This document shows positions 54,260-64,000 of a stretch of 64,000 nucleotides of DNA, one piece after another. The stretch lies in assembly GCF_009914755.1 (NCBI RefSeq), contig NC_060945.1; one strand, given 5' to 3'. The notes beneath the pieces are model-generated. The model did not search any database, was not told the origin of the DNA, and worked only from the letters and a program-made list of their open reading frames with translations. The number at the start of each line of letters is the position of its first letter. Positions within the stretch are counted from its first letter, which is position 1. Source of the DNA: the human T2T-CHM13v2.0 reference genome, Homo sapiens. The position numbers and the translations under genes are program-made.

Positions 54260-56588
54260 CTATCTATCTATCTATGATCTGGCTATAGCTATACATATAT
54301 TATATATATAATATATATTATGATTTTTATATATATATGATTTATTATGAGGTATAGGCTTATGGAATTATAAAGTCTGAGAAATCCCATCTGTGCAAGA
54401 TGGAGACATTGGACAGTCAGTGGTGTAGTTCAAAAGCCTGAAAGCCAGAGAGCCAATGGTATAGATTTCAGTCTGAGTTTGAAAGCTTGAGAAACAGAAG
54501 GACCAAGGGCAAGAAAAGATTGATATCTCAGTTCAAGTAGGCAGAAAGAGAATGAATCCTCTCTCTTTCATCTTTTTGCTCTATTCAATTATCAAGGGAC
54601 TAAATGTTACCCACCCACAATGGGGAAGCCAACTCAGTTCATTCAGTCTACTGATTAAAATGCTAATCTCTTCTATAAACACTCCCATGGACACACCCAG
54701 AAATAATGTTTAATCAGCTATCTGGGCATCCTGTGATCCAGTCAAGTTAACAAAATTAACTTTCACAAATACTCTAATTGTCAATGTGGCACTTATATTC
54801 CTCTCCTTACATACTTAAATACTATGATATAAAGCCAATATATCTTATGTTACATGATAAGAGAATAGGAGACAGAAGAAAACCACGGTATTATATACAC
54901 AATATATACACAACCAAAAATGCATTTATAAAAAAATGGGGAGATCATATTTATTACAATCAAAATTATCATTGCTGTAACTGGTCATGTAGTCATAGCT
55001 AGTATTTATAACTACTTTATTCAAGTATCCATTCTGTATTCCCTTTGTCTTCAGGAAGCACCTCAGCTGGTAGTGTTTTTTTGTCTTTTGTGGTTACCCA
55101 ATTTTTTATTCCTGAAGGGCTGTGATCACTAACAACCTTGTCTTCATTGGGCTGTTGTTTCCTATTAACCTTAATCACAGGGCATGGTAATACTAAGCAA
55201 AACTATAAGGGATCACCCACACTCTAGATGTATTTTACCTTACCTACATTATGGACTAGCAGTCCAATTTCCCCTTGGTAGTCAGGATCAATCACCCCAG
55301 ATAGTACTTTAACTCCCTTCTTTGCCTATTGATTGAGAAGCATGAGGAGTTCAAAGCGGCCAGGTGAGTCTTAGCTTCCATTTCAATGGAATCATTATTG
55401 TGTCTCCTAATGGAAGGACTCCTCCCTTTGCAACTAAGACCTCCAGCCCAGCACAGCACAGGGTTTGGGAAAAGAAAATAAATATTTTGCTAGTGAGTCA
55501 TTAGTGGTAGTAGTGAGGGTTTTCACTCCCATTTCTGCTCCTTAATTCCTAGAACCATGAATGCTGGCTGTAGGAGAAACAGGATCATATATCAGATGCT
55601 GATACAGAACATACACAGCCTTCTAGAAACCCTTTCCCCATTCTCTCTCAACAAATGTTCTTGCTTTAGCAAGAACACGCTGAAAGACTTGGAGTTTAAT
55701 TTCCGTTATAATTCAGCCATTCATAGGATGAGATTCTGCATCTCACTTTCTGCAATCTCAACTCTGTGGACACCAAAAATAAGAGTTATCTTCAGATGAC
55801 AATAAGTCCTCAGGTCACTTATGCTTCTGGGAATTTAAATCCTAAGTTCATCCTTTTCTTTCACCACTTTGTCCAGTGACATTAGGAGCAAATGGCCAAC
55901 CTTATTATATTTGTTAGTTTTCCAAAACTGTTCAAAAGCATCATCTACAGAGTCATTCAGTTCCTTGCTTTTTATAAGTGGTATCCAAGGCAGATATTTT
56001 GTATATCTCTATTACCAGATTATGTCATGGATGTTAGTGCTCTCTTTACTACTGGAAACAGAGTCATCCAAACCTTTACATCTAATCAGATTAGACAATT
56101 TATTCCAAAATCTACAGCATCAATCTGGGAAACTTATTTATAAAATTCTATTTCTGTAAAACCACTCCCAGTACCAATATATGTCTTAGTCAGGGTTATC
56201 CAGAGAAATAAAATCAATAAAATCTATCCTCTGAAACCTGGAGACCCAGTTGGTGTAATCTGAAGGCCTGAAAGTCAAAGATTCAATGGTGTAATTTTAG
56301 TCCCAGTTTGTAGGCCTGGCATTTCAAAGAAAGGAGAGGAATAGATATTCCAGCTCAATCAATCAGGCAAAGAAAGAGTGAATTCTCCTGTCCTTCACCT
56401 TTTCTTCTATTCAGACCCTCACTGAATTAGTTGATATCACACATAGAGAAGGGCAATGAAGTTTACTATGTCTATTCATAAAAATGCTAATTTCTCCCAT
56501 GAATACCATGACAGAGACACTCAGAAATATTGTCTAAATAGATGTCCTGATCCCATGATCTAGGAAAGTTAACACATAAAATATGACA
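54260..56588 (-). mobile_element. Old internally deleted ERVL provirus: MLT2B-type 3' LTR remainder (54260-54767), internal region (54768-56181), 5' LTR (56182-56588)
   Basis: Two similar MLT2B-type LTRs; dUTPase-like DNA near 55200-55450; PBS-like AACCACTCCCAGTACCAA next to the 5' LTR. Confidence 0.82.
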
Positions 56589-59530
56589 ATCAATAACTAA
56601 TAACTTTTCAAATGAAAAACCACAATATTTGAATGGTTTCACTGCTGAATTACACCAATTGTTTAAGAAGAAACTGTAAAATTTTCCACAATCCCTGTCA
56701 GGAAGTAGAAAAAAATGAGAATGTTTCCTAACATTTTTTATGAAGACAGTGTTACTCTAATACTAAATATAGATAAAGCCCTTACAGAAAAGAAAACTAA
56801 AGATTATGAACACAGGTGAAAATTTCACATGAATACAGATTCAAAATTTTTCAATAAAATATTAACAAATCAAACAACAACATATAAAAATAATTCTACA
56901 CCATGATCAAGAAGGAATTACTCCAGGTATGCAAGACTGTTCTACATCCAGAAGTCAGTGTTATCTACCACATTAAAGACTAATAAAGAAGAAAATTGAA
57001 TAATTATATCAATAGATACAGAAAAAGCATTTGAAAATACATGAAACCTATTCATAATAAGAAGTATTAGCAAATTAGAAGTAGAGAGGATGGGAACTCC
57101 CTGTATTTGATGAAGACACCTACAAAAATCCTACAGGTGGAATCATATTTAATGTTGAGAGACTGGAAGCTTTTCTCCTAAGACTGGGAACAAGGCAAAG
57201 ATAACTTCTCTCATCATTTCTACTCAACATTGTACTAAAAGTCTTAACAAGTGCAATAAGACAATAAAAGAAATAAAAAAGATAGAAAAGGAAAAATTAG
57301 AACTATCTGTGCTGAGTTTATATTATTATCTATATAACAGATCTCAAGGAATTTGCAAAAACAAGAAGTTTTTTAAATCTAATTATAAGATCTCAGAAAA
57401 CAAGGTCAATATACAAAAGTTAGTTACTTATTAAGAAATTCATCCTTTGCAGTGAGCAATGAGAAACAATATTAGTTTCTAAAAATGCCATTTACAATTG
57501 CACAGACATGAAAATAAATACTGAGATATAAATCTGACAAAACTTTTTAATAATCTACATGTCTTTTACTACATGTGCAAAACTACAAAATTCTGATAAA
57601 AGAAATTACAGAAGATCTAAATAAAGTGTGATAAGTTCAACATTACTTCACTATTGTTAAGATGTTAATTCTTTCCTATTTGATGAATATATTCAATGCA
57701 ATCCCAATTTTTTAGAAAAATACTCCTTTTTAGATATCAACAAACATATATATAATGTTTATATGAAAAGCCAAAAAACCTGAAATACTCAATAAAAACT
57801 GAAAAAACATAAAGTTGGAGGATGCATGCTACCCGATTTTAAGACTTACTATAAAGGCACAGTGTCAAGACAGTGTGGTATTGACTAAAGAATTCACACA
57901 TAGTTCAATGGAACTAGTGGGTCCAGAAATAGGCCTCATACAAATATAATCAACTGATCTTTGACAAAGGAGCAAAATGCAATTCAATAGCAAAGGAATA
58001 GTCTTTGCAATAAATGTAGTGAGTGGTGCTGCAACAATGGGCTATCCTTCTGCACACACATAAAAAAATGAACCTGGAGACACGAACCTCAGAGCTTCAC
58101 AAAAAATCAACTTAGAATAGAACATAGATTTAAATGCAAAACTACAAATATAGGAGAGAATTTAGAAGACCTTGAATTTGGCCATAAGATTTTAGATACA
58201 ACCACAAAACGATTCTGTGAAAGCTTAGATGTTACTAAAATTAAAAACTTCAGCCCTGTGAAAGTCACTGTTAGGATAATTTTTAAAAAGTAATAGACTG
58301 GGAAAAAATTTGCAAGACATGCATCTGATAAAAGGCTTGTATCCAAAATATACAATAAACATTTAAGACTCAACTATAAGAAAACCACATTTGAAAGTTG
58401 GCAAAAGATTTAAATAGACACCTCATCAAAGAAGATACACAGATAGAAAATAAAGATGGTCAACATCATTTGTTACCAGAACATTGCAAATTAAAACAAT
58501 TAGGAACCACTACTTATTTATTAGAATTGCTAAAATCTAAAAATCTGATAATACTTAATACTGAGAAGAATGCAGAGTAACAGGAACTCTCATTCTTTTC
58601 TGGTGGAAATGAAAAACTGTACAGATTCCTTGGAAGACAACTTTTCAATTTCTTTTTTTTTTTTTTTTTTTTTTTCTGGGACGGAATCTCACTCTGTCGC
58701 CCAGTCTGGAGTACAGTGGCACAATCTTAGCTCACTGCAAACTCTGCCTCCCGGGTTCATGCCATTCTCCTGCCTCAGCCTCCTGAGCTTTTCAATTTCT
58801 TATCAAGCTAAACATATAATTCAGCAAGCATGCTCCTAGATTTTTACTAAACTGATTTGTTAATTTTTGCCCACAAAAATTCTATTTATATTTTTATAGA
58901 TGCTTTATTCATAATTACCCCAAACTGGAAGCAATCAAGACGTTCCCCAAGAGGAGAACAGATAGTCTGTGATACATCCATATGGTGAGATAATATTCAA
59001 TGATAAAAAGATAAGAGCAATCAAATCATGAAAAAAATGAAAGAATCTTAAATGCAAATTTCTAAGTGAAATAAGCCAATTTGAAAAGGATACAGACTAG
59101 TGATTCTGATTATGTGACATTCCACAAGAAAGAAACCTATCAGGGGTTGCCAAATGTTTGTGGGGAGTAAAGGAGGATGGAAGAATAATTGATGCACAAA
59201 TGATTCTTCTGTCAATAAAGCTATGATTATATGCTGTATGATACTGTAATGGTGGATACATGGCATTAGGTATTTGTCAAAACCAACAGAACTTTACAGA
59301 AGAAATAGTAAACCTTAATGTACGCAAATTTAAAAAGAAACATATAGTATGTCTGGAGATCCCTGACACCATCTAAGCAAAAAAAAAATCTAACTGTATT
59401 TCACATGTGTGACACAACCTCACTGAAGTTGGTAGAGGAAGAAAATGTGCTAACCTAAGTTACTTTATATACGATATAAATGAATTTTATTTGTCTCATG
59501 AACCCTGTACTTTAGTTGACAAAAATGTTT
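56589..59530 (+). mobile_element. L1MC/L1MD ORF2 (RT to C-terminus) and 3'UTR; probably resumes near 59975-60080
   Basis: ORF2 DNA (GATACAGAAAAAGCATTTGA; CTGGGAACAAGGCAAAGAT; TCAACATTGTACT) and 3'UTR ATGATACTGTAATGGTGGATACATGGCATT. Confidence 0.88.
58652..58787 (-). mobile_element. 5'-truncated AluY-like insertion in L1
   Basis: Poly-T plus ~110 bp of right arm (GGGTTCATGCCATTCTCC); perfect TSD CTTTTCAATTTCTT. Confidence 0.92.
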
Positions 59531-59534
59531 TTGT

Positions 59535-59854
59535 TAAGAGGTAACTTAGGTTACAAGTGCTCTGCTGAATGAATTGATTAATGCCATTATCTTGAGAGTA
59601 GGTTAGCTACCTAGGAAGTGAGTTCTTGATAAAAGGATTAGTTCAGCACTATTCCTATTTCTCTGTCACATGCATACATGCTGTCTTGCTCTTCTGCCTT
59701 CCACCATGGGATAACACAGAAGGAAGGTCCTTGTTACATGTAGGTTCCTCAACCTTGGATTTCCCAGTCTCGAGAACTGTAAGAAATAAGTCTCTGTTCT
59801 TTATAAATTACCCAGTCTAAGGCATGCTACATTAGCACAAAACGGACTAAGACA
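59535..59854 (+). mobile_element. MSTD-like LTR (5' part missing)
   Basis: GATTAATGCCATTATC...TTATAAATTACCCAGTCT...ACGGACTAAGACA. Confidence 0.8.
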
Positions 59855-59907
59855 CTATCTATCCATCTACCTATATGTCTATATATCTACCTAATCTATC
59901 TGGCTAT

Positions 59908-59960
<53 letters not shown>

Positions 59961-59968
59961 ATCTATCT
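59908..59968. repeat. (TATC)n tetranucleotide STR
   Basis: About 13 uninterrupted TATC units; likely length-polymorphic. Confidence 0.95.
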
Positions 59969-61014
59969 GTTCCCACCTAAGCAGGTGAAAGTAAGCTACC
60001 TTATAAAGCAGAAGATAATATACACATCAAAACACTCTCTTACCTAATAAAGACTGGTACGTTAAAGGTAGTGGTACACTGCTTTTACATCTCAATGTTT
60101 ATTTGCTCATTTGTTTTTCCCAACTGTGAACAAAATGTTATGAAAAAGCTATTATAATAGCAACTAGTATGCAGCTCCACCATCTTTAACTTAATTGGAG
60201 AGAGACATAAAGAAAAATGTTTGTTCTTAACATTCTTGCAAGAAGAAGCAATATGCAGAGAATGTTTTTTTCTCTCTCTCTCTTTCTCTGTGTTTATGTA
60301 TACATTCATTAATCTATACTTATATACATTAAAATTCAGTTTTTTAAAATAAGTAAGAAAATGGGTGTTTCAGTCAACTAAATATTCTAATTAATTCAAT
60401 ATTTTATCCTGTGAGATGTTCAAAAGATCAAATATTTTTAAAAGTCATAATAATCCCATAAAATTACTTAGATAGTCACTCTTTCTTCCTCATCTTTTGT
60501 CTAGGTCACTCCTACCATACTGAACATGAATTTGATAATTTTTTAATCTTATTCACGCACAAGCTTAGATTTGATTCCTTATTTTATATTTATAAACTAT
60601 TTTTGTCTTGCCGCTGACTTTTTTGTATCAGATTGAGTTTTATACTACTGTTTTATTTAAGCCCTTTCTTGCAATTACCATCATCCTGCACCAATATAGA
60701 AATTTCAGTGTGTTTCCTTCTTCCTTGAGCTCACAATGAGATCTCCTGTTATAGGCTGATGGCTACAGGCATATTTTACTGTCATAATTTTCACAGAACT
60801 CACACACTAATAATCCAAACTAACCCTAAAATTATATCAAAAAATTAATCTGATTAGGATGATAATTCACAGTCACATAGTGTTTTGGAATCTTTGTGGT
60901 GAAAATAAATTGTTCGTTTAAAACTATTGACTTAGAAGTCGGACTCTATTATTGTGTAATGACTGAAACCAGAAGTAACATTTTTCAATATATCTCTATA
61001 TAAAGAATATTCTC

Positions 61015-61386
61015 TGATATGGTTTGGCTGTGTCCCCACCCAAATCTCATCTTAAATTGTAACTCCCACAATTCCCACATGTCCTGGGAGGAACCGGGTG
61101 GGAGGTGATTGAATTATGGGGGTGGATCTTTCCTACGCTGTTCTCATGACAGTGAATGAGTCTCATGAGATTTGATAGTTTTAAAAATGTAAGTTTCTCT
61201 GCACAAGCTCTCTTTTTGCCTGCTGCCATCCACGTAAGATGTGACTTGCACCTCCTTGTCTTCTGCCACGATTGTGAGGCTTCCCCAGCCATGTGGAACT
61301 GTGAGTTCTCCATTATACCTCTTTCCTTTTTATATTGCCCAGTCTTCAGTATGTCTTTATCAGCAGCATGAGACTAGACTAACACA
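61015..61386 (+). mobile_element. THE1C solo LTR
   Basis: TGATATGGTTTGGCTGTGTCCCC...GCTGCCATCCACGTAAGATGTGACTTG; perfect TSD TTCTC. Confidence 0.93.
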
Positions 61387-62798
61387 TTCTCATTTTGTGC
61401 GTTTTGGAGAAAAAATAATACGGCAAGAAATTCCATTTTTGAAAATTATTATTGCTTAAACTTTAGATAAATGGGAATTGACTGTGTTTGTTTACCCTAA
61501 CATGGACTAGGTGCTGGCAAATTACAACTGCAATTTTGTTTCTGCAGCCTCAAATTTAATCTTTTATTTTGTCAGATGTGGCTAGGTGAACAATTTCCAA
61601 AAAAAAAAAAGACTAAAATAGTGAGCCTTAAAAAATCCTATTTCTCTTCTAGACTTGGATCCCTAAGTACCAGTCAAGGAAAATATCTAATTTCTTCAAG
61701 GAAAAAGAGTTCATATTTCTTTTGAAACATATCATGTTGCCATAGTTACCAAATGCTCTCCTTTTATTTCCTAACAATAATATCACCATCTAGATACACA
61801 TAGCTTACAAAAGTAAATGTTTTATTGTGGAATTTTATAAGGACACAGGATCTGCTTCCAATGACTTTCAAAAAAATTAAAATGGAAGGATTCTTTCTAA
61901 TAAATACACCTGAGTTGAAATTAAATGTTTTCTGAGCAAGAGCATAGGAGAAAAGGAGGAGCAGAGAGAAACTGAAAAAGACACATACAGTTTTAACATT
62001 TCAAAGGTGAAGGTGATTTAAATTAGGATTTGGGCATGGCTGTTCTTCTCCACCCCAGTGTATATAAACATTCTCATATGGGTTGCCATGTCTCCAGGAG
62101 TGATACCTTCATCTGGACAGGCCATTAGAAATTAAAACATATTTACACATATACACATGCACATCTTAGAATAAGAAAAATTATAAACCAGCTTATTTTT
62201 ATTTGTCTTGCCAAATATAAACTTTAGAGACAAAATTTTAAATAAAGCAGCAACTATGAAAATAAATAATGAGATTCCTGTGTACAGAATTACGTAGTTG
62301 GGGTTTACATATTTGAAATCAAGCTCCAAGTAGAAACGAATCAGTTTTCTCTTTCTTTTCTCTTACTTTTTAAGAAGCTATCACAAGAATTTTATTTACA
62401 GGAATTTAAGGTGGAAACATATACCTTTTGGGGAGTAAATCATTACTAAAAACATAATTAATGTGGTCATTTTGAACAATATTATCAAATAGTTACCTCA
62501 ATGAATCATAAAAATCATCAAATATGTACATGATTTGAAAAATCTTGAAAACTAAGAAAGTTGAAATATGCAAAAAGTAAATTTCATAGTCTACCTTTAT
62601 AGATAAAACATCAATAGCTAATATTAAACTATAAGCATTATTATTAAAATATAAACATTAATTGAAAATTTAAAATTAAATTTAAAAATTAATTAATTTC
62701 TTTATATCTTCCTATTTCATACTTAAAAGGTTTCTTATTCTAGCCTACACGGTGTATCACAAACTGCAAATTACAATACTTGATGTTTTAATGCACTA

Positions 62799-63003
62799 TG
62801 TCGGGGGGTGGGGGGCAAGGGGAGAGAGGAAGAGCATTAGGACAAATACCTAATGCATGCGAGGCTTAAAACCTACATGACAGTTTGTTAGGTTCAGCAA
62901 ACCACCACGGCACATGTATACCTATGTAACAAACCTGCATGTTCTGCACGCATATCCCAGAACTTAAAGTAAAATTTAAAATAAGAAAATAATAATAATA
63001 AAG
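62799..63003 (+). mobile_element. L1PA (L1PA8-like) 3' terminal ~200 bp with A-rich tail
   Basis: GGACAAATACCTAATGCATGCG.GGCTTAAAACCTA...GTAACAAACCTGCA..CCCAGAACTTAAAGTA. Confidence 0.9.
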
Positions 63004-63935
63004 AATGTGTTATTTAAATGTAATCTTTAGCATTTCAGTTTTGTTTACTGGAGTAATAATCTCAATATTATTTTTAAATATAGAGAATTCAAAATTATTT
63101 AACATAAAGTATACTTCATTTTATTTGTAAAGTTTTACCCATCATTTTTAAAATGAATGATTTAGGCAGAGCATTACGGCGTTTGAGAAAAACTGGCCTT
63201 CATTGTAAGTTGACTGTAGGATTTATTGATACAAGCAAAAGATGCATAAAAAAGAAAACTTTTTCATAATTTTGTTTTTCAAAAACTTATATATGCATAT
63301 GTGTATGTGTGTATGTATGTGTGTATATTTAAATATGTATCATGTACTTTAGAGAGATTTTTACATCTAGTATGGCTCTTAGGATAAAGGCCATGATTCC
63401 CATAGTATAAGTTTTCTCGATTAAAAAACTAGCTTTGTGTGGTGGTGGGTGAGATGTTATATTGTTTACTTCTTCAAACTCTGTTGGCCTGCCTTAAACT
63501 TATTTTGGTTTATTATTGTTTGTATTTTTAATTGTATGCTTAGAGGGATCCTTTATCTTTCCAATCAGCCTTGTCCACGTCTGAATCCCATCTCCTTTCA
63601 CCTTGAGAATTTTTATTCTCAAGAGGTCAATTTTTTTTTCTGTCTTCTTACTCTCATTTCCCACTAGAGGAGGCTTATCTAATTATAAACAATAAAGAAA
63701 TGATTTTGAAATTATCTTTTTACTTATACACCCAAACAGGTATCTGTAGATTCTTTCTTATCTTTTGCTTACCCATTTCTGAAATGTTCCTATACCTAAA
63801 GCCAGATGCTTTTTTTTTTTTTTTAATCTGCTGCAGTCTTTTTGGACAACTTAGTCCTCTTCCAGTCGCTTCACCTCTCACTCATAACTTGCTGACTCCA
63901 GAATCTATAACTCTTTAATTATCTTCTGAGGTCCT

Positions 63936-63937
<2 letters not shown>

Positions 63938-63967
<30 letters not shown>
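63938..63967. repeat. (AT)n microsatellite
   Basis: Directly visible. Confidence 0.95.
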
Positions 63968-63977
<10 letters not shown>

Positions 63978-64000
63978 TATATATATACACAATGTTTTAT

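Overview
Primate (almost certainly catarrhine/human-like) non-coding genomic DNA. It is AT-rich, CpG-poor and dominated by interspersed repeats: AluJ/S/Y, L1PA/L1MA/L1MC, L2, MIR, THE1/MST/MLT LTRs, MER52, HERV-L and a full-length Hsmar1 mariner. I find no credible host protein-coding gene; every recognisable ORF is a decayed transposon or retroviral fragment. The main discovery is a ~9.85-kb inversion (about 40001-49849) that cuts a HERV-L provirus in the middle of pol. The provirus is the innermost layer of a four-level nest: L1 > old ERVL/MLT2B > THE1D > HERV-L/MLT2A2. Target-site duplications for all three nested insertions are visible in flipped orientation, and a 3-bp GCA/TGC microhomology marks both breakpoints. 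Other items of note are a tailless 5S rRNA retrocopy, an Hsmar1 whose whole DDD triad has decayed to NNN, several templated local duplications and a repeat-poor block with regulatory-looking motifs. Repeat subfamily names come from my recollection of consensus sequences, and boundaries of old elements are approximate.
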